A DNA stretch of 64,000 bases. Origin: Diadema antillarum. Lineage: Eukaryota. Positions within the stretch are counted from its first letter, which is position 1; each line of letters begins with the position of its first letter. The stretch is from contig NW_027272031.1 in NCBI RefSeq assembly GCF_040938485.1, positions 248,001 through 312,000 on the forward strand. The letters are read 5' to 3'. The notes beneath the pieces are model-generated. The model saw only the letters and a program-made list of their open reading frames with translations, was not told where the DNA came from and did no database searches. The translations under genes were made by a program, and so were the position numbers. This document shows positions 10,368 to 22,513 of the stretch, one piece after another.

Positions 10368-13274
10368 GCTGTATAAATACTCCAACTCTGGAATAAATCT
10401 CTTAACTTTACAGCGAAAATTGTCTCAGCTCTTGTGATTAAACACGAAGCCCCATTCGGCCAATGCTGCATGTTAGAGTGTTGACCACTAAACCATTCAG
10501 ATGCTGACCATGCATAGGTACACTGTATACTTCAGAGGCAGCAAACAGCAATACGATTGTAAAAGGTTCATTGGGTAGACCATTAGCCTACATTTATATG
10601 TACATTGTCATCAAACAGAATAACACATTTTCTGATCGACAGGACACAAAGGATCACCATTGCACAAATAAAGGCACAAGACTCCAGTTATAAACTAGCA
10701 CAAGACAAGCAACACTCAACAAACACATACACAATTATTATACTGTAGGGTGTCTGACAGACAGATTTTACATACCTACACAGATCAATTCGAGTGGAAG
10801 GACATGAACACAATAATCAAATTTGCAGTAAATTACTGCATAACTGAGATGTATTCCTAAATATATAACAAAACTACCTGTACTAAGATCTATTCATTTA
10901 CCACAACTCCAATTCCTACATGTACTTCAACATTATTACTACTATTGCTAATACTATTTTCTTTATAATTACTGCTACTAATACGGAGACTGATACGGTG
11001 TACTACTACTAAAACTACTTCCATTACTATCAGCAACTAATAAGACGGCATGTAATGCTACTGAAATATGTCAAAAACTGCAAATTCCTCATTTTCACGA
11101 TTTCACAATTTCCACAAATTTATCATATTCAGACATGTTCAAATGAGATTATCTTTATTTTGTGACCCCCAACAACTTTGTTCAGCATTTATACATAAGA
11201 ACTAATCAATATAGACTTCCTTTGAAAATATTATGACCAAAATTCTAATCCCAAGCCACTTGCTTTTCTTCAATTTGAACATGGTTGACAAGTGACTAAG
11301 ATGTTTGTATGGCAGTCCATATCCATAGTACCAGGTCATAGTTAACTGAGTTTGAGTATCATATGACCTATGTGTCACTAACTATTGTGTACACGGTGCT
11401 GTATAAAATGTGATGCAATAAGTGAAAAAAAGTACATCCAACGTTTTGTAAGGGTTGGTGGAAGCAGGGTGGGGGTGGGTGGAAAAACAGCAACAAAGGA
11501 AAGCATGTAACAACTCTAACCACCCAAATTCTTCTCTAAATATGAACTTCTATCACATTTCGTAAGCTGTATGTATGGTGGCTATTCCATAGATTGAAAA
11601 TGTGGTTATGAATGGTAATTCACTCAGTTCATTGATATCACATAGCAACAATTACTTTGGTAAATGTTTGTAGAAGTAGTAAATATCTAGGATACTGTTG
11701 ATGCCAAAATCTCACAGGATTATAGTTACCTTCACCTATGACCATCTTCTAATATTGTGTATAATGTAATAAAAAAGGAACAGCCAATCATTTTAGTCAA
11801 CCTCGTGAATATATCTCTCATAGTAACCTTTATATATCAGGATTAGGCTAAAGTGCATTACTCCCTTTTATAGGGGCATTTTGGTACATGTCTGAAAGTG
11901 AATCTCTTTTGTGGCAGTCTTGTAGAGGTTCTCATTAATCATACATACATGTAAGTACATTTTTCTCTGACAAATCTGTCAGAATGTTAGTAAGCACAGT
12001 CTCCCCAATTCTTCTGAAATAGATTGGCTACGACTATTGGCTGCTCACTGATGATCTAAATAAAGGTATTACCCACAGAAAATTTCAAGCTATGAAGTTA
12101 CTATGGTGTACATGTACTTTTAAAACCAGTGCCCATCAAAAGCCTACCTAATGAAGAGTCCATGAATTTTATCTGGAAATAATATGCACTAAAAAAAATA
12201 AATAATCACACTTTTGTTGTTTCACTTGCTCTAGTGACTGGAGCAAAATCACCTACAGTGACTGCATCTGCTATAGATTCTACATATTGTACCTGGACAG
12301 CATACAATAAACACACAAACAGACACACATGAAGGGAGAATAAACACATTTTTGACCGGTGGACAATGGCAAGACATGCTCACTGGACAACTGACTATAC
12401 GGATTGCAATATGTGCAAGCTGTTTAGACAGAATCACGATATAATTGCATCGATCTTCATCAGTGCCCTAAGTCTCGTCTACGTGAAAGTAAAAGGCAAC
12501 CACTACTTTAATAGACTTTTAAATCTGCCAAAAGTCGCAAAGGCTGGACGCTTTTGCGAACTCTGATCCTGGATGGAGGCATTTTGCTTTTCAAAAACAC
12601 TGGACAGATTCCAAGAAATCTCTCATTTGTGTACAAGGTACATACATGTATGTGCCAGTATGACCAAAGGACAAAGATTTGAATCTGTCAAACCTAGATC
12701 CTCAAAAATGAATTACAGGTTTTATGACCCTTGAGATTTTATAAATGCTATTTCTAAAAAAATAAAATCATCAATGTCATTTTCTATTATAATAATGACA
12801 ACACCTTTTACAGACCAGTGTGAAAGGAAGAAAAAAATCCTTACTTTAGTATGATTCTAAATTGTTACATGAATGGTTTTTAGGCTTTAAATCTAATAAG
12901 CACCAATGTCTGTATCATTAGTATTCAGATTTTGAGTAGATTGCTGTGGATTAAACTTGAAACCATTTGTTACATCTATGTGGTCTCGTAGCTTTCTAAC
13001 CGTGTTCCTCGGAAACATAAATACCATGTGACCTGCCTGGTTGATTGCAAGGCATGCTGGGAACAATCTGCAACCACTGACAGCCATTTTTTGTCACTGT
13101 TATAATTTTGCTGCCACAACTGGCCATTGCTGCACATGGGAATGGTGCATGTCCATCATGCAAATACATTTGACCAAAAATAACTTTAAAAAGTCAAGGT
13201 TTTTAGGCCACATTTTCTTTCAAATTTCATCTAACATTGACCACTATGTGCATGTTCTATTAAGAAGCTTTTAC

Positions 13275-13301
13275 CTTCTTATCCATGGGTTGTAGTAGAT
13301 T
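13275..13301 (-). CDS. Candidate 27-nt microexon (IYYNPWIR in phase 2)
   Basis: Long upstream pyrimidine tract ending ctcattcacag, donor AAG|gtaaaa; frame-preserving. Confidence 0.35.
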
Positions 13302-14587
13302 CTGTGAATGAGTTTAAACACAGGAGCAATTGGGCGTGATAGAAAGAAAAAGGAATACATGACGCAAGTAGAGAAAGAAAGTATAGCGGACAGGTCAAGA
13401 CGACGTGTTATTTCACACATGAGCGAGGAATGGGATAATGCTAGCAAATAAATGAATTTGTTGTAAACATTACATTACAGAATACACATTAAATATGTAC
13501 GTTCACATCAATATCAACCAGGTACAAAAATTAGTTGGGAAATAATGAATGATTAAGAAACAAAATCTGTGAAGCAAAGTAAATTAAATTGTGCAAACTC
13601 ACATGAATATAATTTTCTCATCCCAGAGTAAATTATGACTTCTAAATAGCTTCCAAATTCATTTCAATATCATATTTTAAATGCTTTTGGATTTAAGTGG
13701 CTATAGGAGAAATTATGACATTCTGACATGTAACAGATGTCTAAAATTTCCATCATACGCATTTTATGTGTGTACTAGCCATGAGGCAGATATCCAGCAG
13801 AATCATAAATTAAATAAATAAAATCACTTTTATGCTTTCCACTGGATGTTTTATAATATTATACAAGTGCTTCCACAAACAAGAGTATAATTACACTGTG
13901 CTAGAAACAAGCGAGCAAAGAAAATAACATGTGCTGGTATATGTCACAAGATTGCAAATAAACATTCGCTGAGTGGTATCGAGAGTCGTCTAACACAGAC
14001 AACATGTGCACAACCCATGTCTAGATCTAACACAGCTACATGTCTTTCTTTAAATTTGTCTATATCAAAGAGAGCTCTGATGGAATCGTGAAAATTGTTC
14101 ATCAGTAAAGGTGCAGTCTGCTCGAACACACCTTGAGGTAAATGTAAAAAAGCAAACTTCGTTGATTCCACAAAGTAAGTATACTTTGTTTTGAACAGTA
14201 TATCACTCAACTACAGAGAAAAAAAATGGCCCCTGCTAACTATGCTATGGAAGATATATATTATAAAAAAATGTATGATACAGGGTGAAATATAATTGTC
14301 CCACAAATCTCACACTTTCATATGATTCCCTATTACTGTGCTTCTAAAAATCTTTTAACCCACAGTCCACTTTAGCTCCAATAACTTTTTTTTCGAGGCC
14401 CAATTTGTTGGAATGCAAATCTATTTTATTTTTTATTTTTGGCCAAAATTGCGGCCCATCAGAGAGAGCTTAGCGGGCCATCAGTGGAACACGGTCCACT
14501 GGTTGAGAAGTGCGACCCTATTAGACTCTGTAGCGTATCATCCAAATGCTATGTCTAATTAGAATTTCCCTTGCTTTGAATACTCAC

Positions 14588-14853
14588 TTTTCTGCCGGAA
14601 GAGGCCTTCCCAACTTGGGTGACCTCGGCGGTGACCTCTGACCTTCGTCCCTGCTGACCTTTGGCCCTCCTGTCTCCATAAGCACCCGACCCAGCTGGGG
14701 CGAGGCGGGCTTGTTGCGGGCGACCTCGCTGGGTTTGGTGGACGGAGGCATGCTCGGGAGGACTCGAATCATCTGCGTGCGCTCGGCGGAGACCGGCTGG
14801 GTCTTCCTAGGGGCCACCGGACTCTCCCTCGTGGGGACCAATTCATCCATCAA
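14588..14853 (-). CDS. PPP1R9A: Neurabin exon: Pro/Ser-rich LMDELVPTRESPVAPRK...RSPPRSPKLGRPLPAE(K)
   Basis: Acceptor caataatttcag, donor gtgagt; 266 nt, phase 0>2; GC-rich open frame. Confidence 0.85.
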
Positions 14854-15280
14854 CTGAAATTATTGTAACCACGGTGAAAAGACAACGATTCAGATTTCAC
14901 CCATAATAAGCAACGCCTCGAGAATTATAAACATATCAGAGGGCATACACACATACACAAAATGCACTTCCGAACAGACATGTATAAAGAGACACATAAA
15001 AGTCTAATTTTGATGTTAGTGGTATTAAAGTTCGTCTTTAGTGTGAAATAACCCTTCAAATAACAGTGAAAACAATTAACACAGTTAACCACTAGACAAA
15101 CAAAAAATTAACAACCATAAGGCTACAAAATTTTCACATGTTATCATCTTCTTTTTAGTTCTTAATTAGTGTCAAGGGTCATAACAATTTCAGGTGAAGG
15201 TATATAACGATGTAAGCAGGAATGAGAGGGGGTTCTCGGATCCTTCCTGCTGCTACGAAAGGTCTAGAGTCTGCCATGGA

Positions 15281-15377
15281 TTAACCTGCCGAGGACGAGT
15301 TCCGAGACAGTATACTCGTGCAGGTGTCTATGGGAAATGCCTGTTATAGCAAAATCAGCCCGTCCTCAATGGGTTAA
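15281..15377. mobile_element. piggyBac-like mini-MITE (~90 bp), copy 1
   Basis: TTAA-cctgccgaggacg ... cgtcctcaatggg-TTAA; family core ctatgggaaatgc. Confidence 0.75.
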
Positions 15378-15396
15378 AGATATAATCACTAAAGGC

Positions 15397-15962
15397 TTAA
15401 AGGACAAGTCCACCTTCATAATGTGGATTGAGTGAATGCAACAATATTAGTAGAACACATCAGTGAAAGTCTGAGGAAAATCTGACAATCCTTTCAAAAG
15501 TTATGAATTTTTACTGAGCAATAACTGCTGAATGAGACGACTACTACAGTGTATGATGTCACATGCATACAACAATAGAAGGAAAATAAAAAGAGAATTT
15601 CACAAAACTTTACTTTTTGAATTAAGTGCACACTTCTTTGACTTGTTACTGACGTATGTTAAGGGTAATATTATTCCCCTTGCCTTCTGAAAGAGAGAAG
15701 TCGAGTGTTCTTTTGTTACACGAGAAAAGTGAAAATAAGTTGAATTTTCTTTATACTTTCTTCATATCGTTGTACACATGTGACATCACAAGCTATAGTA
15801 CATGTGTAGTCTTCTCATTCAGCCGTGACTGAACAGAAACTTTAAAAATTCGTAACTTTTGAACGTACTGTTCGATTTTCCTCAAACTGTCACTGATGTG
15901 TTCTACTAATATTGCTGCATTCACTCAATCCAAATGTCTATGAAGGTGAACTTGTCCTTTAA
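15397..15962. mobile_element. Foldback MITE family A, Kolobok-like (TTAA target, AGG termini)
   Basis: ttaaaggacaagtccaccttcata ... tatgaaggtgaacttgtcctttaa; the imperfect inverted arms extend for well over 100 bp. Confidence 0.8.
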
Positions 15963-16211
15963 CTGAGGGTAAGTGGTCATGTAAGAAGACGGATGAGGAC
16001 AGCAGGCTGACGAAGTTTCCTAATCTTACACTGGCTGGTCAAGTCATACAGGGTCAATCCCAAAATGTATTGGGGGGGGGGGGGTAATGTCTGGAGAAAG
16101 ACACAGGAGAGCGAAACCATGTTGATGTGAGTTGGATAAGATGATATGGATAAGATGATATGAATAAGATAATTTGAATAGATGATATGAATAAGATGAC
16201 ATCATAGAATA

Positions 16212-16526
16212 TGTGACCCGCTACAACAAAAGGATCCGAAAGTCGGGGGAGGACAATTTTCTGAAAATGACATGACATTATTCCCATACTCTTCTACATG
16301 TACTTTAATTTCATATATAACACAACTCATAAAAGTACTTGTTGCGGAGATATCGATGATTTTATTAGCGTATGTCAAGTGGTTGAGGAAATCAGAGTTT
16401 CGAGAAAAACGCCTTCAAAGTTTTCCTTCCGACGCTAACATACAGTAATCAAGGGGAGGTGAGACAGTTTTCACCGCTTGACAATAGAAAGGATCCTTTA
16501 GGATCCTTTTGTTGTAGCGGGTCACA
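16212..16526. mobile_element. TA-flanked TIR element (MITE), 315 bp, TGTGACCC termini
   Basis: Perfect 26-bp TIR tgtgacccgctacaacaaaaggatcc / ggatccttttgttgtagcgggtcaca, with TA on both sides. Confidence 0.85.
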
Positions 16527-16730
16527 TAAAATTAGTATCTTCCAGAATGTAAAAACTAAGTTTAGTCATGCATGAGAATGATGATGTTGAGTCTGTGAAA
16601 TGATGGTAATAACTTGTTCTTCCACCAAATATACATCATCTTCCCAATGCATCTAGATGGGAAAAGATCTCATCTGTTCATCGCTCTGTTCTTAAGTACA
16701 ACAGAGCTCTCCGCATCGCTTGACCTTTAC

Positions 16731-16883
16731 CTCTGTGCTGGACTGGACACGATCCCTCAGGTGGGTCAGCGAGGGTCGGCTCCGTCTGGCCAGCTGACTA
16801 TTTGCATTGGTCACCAGGGAGATCTTGGACCGCTCCACGCTGGTGTCCAGTCTCTCTTTAGTGGTCATCATGGAATCAAACAC
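16731..16883 (-). CDS. PPP1R9A: Neurabin exon: VFDSMMTTKERLDTSVERSKISLVTNANSQLARRSRPSLTHLRDRVQSSTE (neurabin-1/SAMD14 shared motif)
   Basis: Acceptor tttggcgttgcag, donor gtaaag; 153 nt, phase 0>0. Resembles the remembered neurabin-1 RQRPSRTRLYDSVSSTD motif. Confidence 0.87.
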
Positions 16884-17563
16884 CTGCAACGCCAAACATC
16901 AGCACCCCACCCCCAATATGATACCAATGATGCAACACATACTGAATGGATCTCGAGCAAGAGTTGATAGTGATTTGATACAGGTCATGGCATCCCCGTG
17001 TGCCCATTTTCTGGATACATTCATGGAGATGTTGAGGGGAGCCTGGACTTGAATGATAGACTGAGGTTCACTAATCCCCTCTTTATGATACATGCAGGCG
17101 ATTAATAGGTAGGGCATCTAAAAAAATGTGGTATCACATCAGCTCTATACATGGAGATGGTGTACATGATCATGCAAGTTCTAACAACCCATCCAGCGAT
17201 ATATGGGTGGATAAAACAAGAGGAATGGCATGGTATAACATTCATTATGCATGGAAATGATGGGGTATTGATATTTGGCTCCGCTTAATCATTGTGACGT
17301 TTGCGATTTCATTAAAGAATCATTGCATACTCAGGTGCATTATAATGTTATCGCTCCATGCAGGTAAATATTTGGTAAATATACATGTATATCACAAAAT
17401 GATTATGTCATAAACATGTTTTAACTTCAAATGATCACCTCTTACATGTAGCTCAGTCCTTAAAATGCTATATGTGATTCTACATTGTATTTCAATGTTT
17501 TCTGCAAATTGATGTAGGCATTCATATCATACTTGTTTCTCAAACTGGTTGATCATGACTTAC

Positions 17564-17757
17564 CTCAACAACATTTTCTTCTTCTTCATCCTCCTCCTCT
17601 TGGATGTCATCTGGTAGCCCTGAGATCTGGTAGGTGCCCTCCATTCCCGACAGGTCGCTGTCGGAGTCGTTGGGTGACAACCCTACGTCATCATCATCGT
17701 CGTCGTCTTCGTCGTCGTCCTCGCCCTTGATGAGGGTCGGCGCAGACTCTAACGGAG
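17564..17757 (-). CDS. PPP1R9A: Neurabin exon: acidic linker (A)PLESAPTLIKGEDDDEDDDDDDD...EEEDEEEENVVE
   Basis: Acceptor tatcactcctccag, donor gtaagt; 194 nt, phase 1>0. Confidence 0.85.
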
Positions 17758-19888
17758 CTGGAGGAGTGATACAGGAATGAGTGCACAAAGAGAAAAATAA
17801 ATTAACCCATCGGCAACTAAGTCTCTCTTACTGGCTATGAGGACAATAGAAAGATTATGTCACAAGTTGCTAGAACATTTTTTGAATTAATGTCCTTTAC
17901 ATTGACAGCAGGTTAGAAGTAATATTGATGGTGTTACAAAATCTTCTTGATGGTAGGACTGAGAAAGAAAGATAAACATTTCTCGAGCCATTCCGTGAGA
18001 GTAGCAATTCTTTCTTTCCTGCATCTGATTTATGTTTAGTTGGCCCCGAGTGGGTTAAAAGTGAAACTTTGAACAGCCTCTGTTATTCTTGCTGTGAAGT
18101 GACGCTGATATCGACAGAGGGTCAAAAACTTATCTCAGTAACAGTTTTGAAATCAGCCTGCATCGATTTCAGTGACAACACTGCCCACGTGAGGTACATC
18201 TTGGATGACAGAATATTTAGTTGCCATGGAGACTAAGCAGAGAGAATATTTTACAAAATAAACAAAGAGTAATGATCCCCTCTAGGCTACGCAGATGTTT
18301 CGATCATTCCAGTGATGTAGGACAGACGGAATTATTGGCTACAGATTCCTCGGGGCCATAGACATTGACAAAAGGGTCATATAGTCTGTAGACCTTTGAC
18401 GGAGAAAAACTAACTGCTGTTAGCAATCTTAACTTTTTGCAAAGTCATGAAACTTTTATGAACGAGTTCACGTCATCCTAGATGGATGTGAATTCGCGAT
18501 TGCCAAGTTCTGAATTCCCTCAGGGACACACCAATAACTATGTATATATGATGACACTGATGAATTCAGCTGCGACACCACTACTTTGTATAATGAGAAG
18601 GCAACATTTCACATGAAGGCTGTATGGGATCTCTAGCTAGGCGACACTGCAAATACATTTTGACATCGTGGTCTTCTTGACACAGACAAGATAATACAGT
18701 AGTGGGTGGTGACTGAATATATTTCTACTTAACATTTGAAATTGCAAGTCCTGTGTCTTCTATCCGAATCAATCATAACTATTAAACTGTGACCAGCAAT
18801 CGTTAGACATCTATTTGTACTTGACAGTGAGTTCTGGCTAAGTTTTAGGTCGTTAGAGCTGAAAACTGGATTCTGTTCTAGTTCTGAAATATATTTCAAA
18901 CTAACGAGGACACAGTGCTGACAAGTAATGATGATAATGTTCAGGCTTAAGTATCAAATCTGGTCTTTTGATGGATTTGAATATACAGGTTTCAAGTGTT
19001 TTAATTAGGGTTCCAGAAAATATTAATCATGAGTTAAGCCGCCTGATGTAGAATTATAGCTCAACACACTTGAAAACGTTTCAATGCATGGGAATTCATG
19101 AAACTGTCCTATAATTCATACATTATTCAACAAAAGATCTACATGTATAAACCCTTGTTTTGGAACATTTGAACTGTACACATTAGGCAAGCAAATATGC
19201 CCTGTATTTAGGTATATGTATGTTAGTAACCTTGTGGACAGTACTTGAAAAAGTTTTACACAAATTAGCAAGGATAAGATATTGATATCATTTAAAGACT
19301 GGCACTTTGGCATAGTATGATTTGATGGTCTTCATATTCAAAAACATAAAATATTTAGCTTGTTATTTCACATGGATAGCTGACCACATCAGTGCTATCT
19401 TGCTCTTTGAGAATTATCAAAGAGTGAAGTCATAGTTATCTACACTACAACTAAGACTAAAGTTTCTCATTATAGTCCCTATCATACATTTTCATGGAGG
19501 CAAGAAGATGGCAAATCAGTGAGGCAAATCTGACTTTCTATCTTGCCTGTAAAAAAAAAAAGAATATCCTTCCTCTGTTCCCTTCATGACTTCTAAATGT
19601 TTTACCATTAGAATATGACCTGGAAGAAGCAGCATCAATGGAAGTATGATTTAAAATGTTAATTGTCGTTTTATGTTTAATTCATTCAAGCAACATCAGA
19701 TTTGCACAGTAATGGTAAGTTGAAATAATGAAAGAAAGTTACAACTTAAGTATGAAATAAAACAAGACACATTTAATATAGACAATGAGGTTATCATTTA
19801 AAAAAAAAAGGAAAACCAACAAATCTTTTATCCTGCAGCTGATAAAAAAAAATAAGCAAAATCAGCAAGTTTATTCCTGGTCTCCTCC

Positions 19889-19929
19889 GACAAGATAAGA
19901 CAAGACAAGACAAGACAAGACAAGACAAG
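19889..19929. repeat. (CAAGA)n microsatellite
   Basis: Read directly from the sequence. Confidence 0.93.
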
Positions 19930-22510
19930 CAGACAAACAAAGACATCACATCTTTCACAGCACATGCCCAAACTCTCAAACAAGACACAAGGGGAGGGTG
20001 GGGGTGGGGAGATATATCCCATTGGCAAACACTGTGTGGGGGAGTTTGGAATATATGACGCAAGTGTGAGGTCAATGCAAACAAATGTGGTAATCTACAT
20101 AGCTGTGACATATTTGATGTACTGTTTCAAATATTTCTTGCTGAAAGATTTTCAATGTCTAGAGGATCGTCTAATCATAAATTCATACTTCTTAATACAG
20201 TGTATTTCCTAAACAGACTAAAACTGTCATATGTTTCCTACAATCAATCTATGAGTGGCTTTTGATATGCCACTGAGTTCCTATTTGTTAAGACTTTCAT
20301 GACCATGATATATTTATTTCATAATTCATTCTTAATACTGTCTCCAGTGATGAAACTTCTGATTTGGGTTCTATTTTCTAATCAATAAATCTTTGTACAC
20401 TGTACTTGTTTGTTTTCTGAATGTCTGCATGTGAAAGATCATCTCACTGAAATGAATAAATCAAACAACTGGACAAATGAATGAATGAATAGATAGATAA
20501 AAAGAAAACCAATGAAATACTTAAATAGATATATAATCAAATAGAAATGAAAATATTAATTACAAAAATCACAAGTATCATTAATGCTCTATGAAGGACT
20601 GGACTATCTTACAAATCTGTCAATAAACTATCCATGGCAGGGGACTCACATGAAATATAACAGATTTGTGTAGTTTTCTGGTGAATGAAAATCATAGTGA
20701 AAAACAATTCCACCACACAGGTATTAAACCAAAGCATTCACATTCAAGGGAGGGGTGTGGGTTATGTTGGGTGTACAACTTAATGTCAGTGATTACAATT
20801 CAATCTAATCATGCATATTCATAAACCTTACTGACATGACTTAACATGCACAGGAATACATCAAGGAAAATACTGCAAATCTCAGTGCAAGCCGTGCGTC
20901 TAACAGAAAATAAACAACAATCAGTTCTTTGAGAGCAAGACTGAACTCCAACTTATTTTATCCTCGTGGCTTCTTTGTCAAAGTTCTTACCACAAATTAG
21001 CTGTCCCATGTCGAAGTCCCACTCAAAGTCTGTTATTTGTGAATTACAGTTATTGTATGACATGTGTTAATCATGACTGACTGATAAATAGCTTAAACAT
21101 GAATTAATTCAAAAGAAATATATGTGAGATGGAAAGAGATATATATAAAGCTGAAAAGATTTGAGACAGATTCAAAGGCAAACATTTGGACAAATGAAAG
21201 AAACGACACGTAATAAAACAGATGCAAGAAATCATATAAAGAAAATGAACATTTTACAGCAGGAAATAAGGGAGAAAAAACATAGGAACAGATATGGAAA
21301 CAATATGATCACAATATTATGATAGCCTCAAGGATTTGAGTTAATCCCTAGCAAAAAAGAAAAAGAAGAATCATTGAAATAGCAAGGTAAGAAGAAAGTT
21401 AATAACTGAATAAGAGGAGATTGAAAGATCAGAAAACTTAAATCACTGGAAATTTACTGGCAGACTTCTTGTCAAGCAACACTGAGGCAAATTTATTTGT
21501 TCAGCACAAGTGAAAGTAAAACAAGCAAAATATGAGGGGTTTTTTTGTTTTGCTTTCAGAAACATTATACAAAACAACAAAACTTTAAGCTCCAGTACAA
21601 ATTTAAATATAGTAAACAGAATAATCTCAAGGTTATGTTCACCAATCCACTTCAAATAAGTTCTTTGATAAGTGTAGCGCAATAGTATATATTCAATTTT
21701 AGGTTCGGCAAAGAACAATCATTTTGGCAAATGATTCCCGACACTTGCATTGTTTTGACTTGTGAGTTTAATACATTTGTCAAAAAGTCTTTGTTCTTTA
21801 AAATAAATGATAAGAGCCTTAGAATCATATTCATGAATCCTATCAATAAAGAAGAAATCAATGTTAGTATCCAATTCACTTTTGATAAAGACATTTTGTC
21901 ACATTAGATATTTAAGAACATCATTCCCCAGCATTAAACTCCCGCAAAGCGATATCATGGGACACAGTTGAAAGAAAGAAAAACTGAATAAAACAAATTG
22001 GCACAGAATGGTGAAAGACAAGACAGGAGATAGGTATCAAAATGGCAATGAACATGGCAAAGTAAAAATTGATGACAAAAGCTGAATAAAAAGATGAAAA
22101 GAAAGAAAAAGAAGTAGAGATGGCTTCATATGTTTGATGTGAAATGTACATGTAGATTGATTAATTGATATACATGAAAAATTGATATAAAATGAGTTAA
22201 TTGCTGTATGGCATACTTTGGACGGATGGACACATTTTCACTGCTACCTAAAAATTGTGAACACTATCTGAGAATTTAAACCTTGGATATTTTCAACTTT
22301 GTGATGTTATATCGCTGACATCATTCATTTTCCAACAAAGTAGTTGACATACAAACACACACACATACACACATACATGAATCAAGACATAAACTTTAAG
22401 ATATTGAAGATATTAACAATGAAATGTTGTTGGAATTTGAAAACGCTCAAGTGTTACGCTGAAGGTATACATCTGAAAATATCTCATGAAATTTCAAGGA
22501 TAATTCTTAC

Positions 22511-22513
22511 TTC
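22511..22513 (-). CDS. Candidate 3-nt microexon GAA
   Basis: cacttcttttttgtttag|GAA|gtaaga; frame-preserving in the phase-1 intron. Confidence 0.35.

Noticed and set aside
20832-20899. Acceptor gtttattttctgttag followed by DARLALRFA
   Set aside because: The nearby donors are weak, and the strong gtaagg donor gives an in-frame stop.
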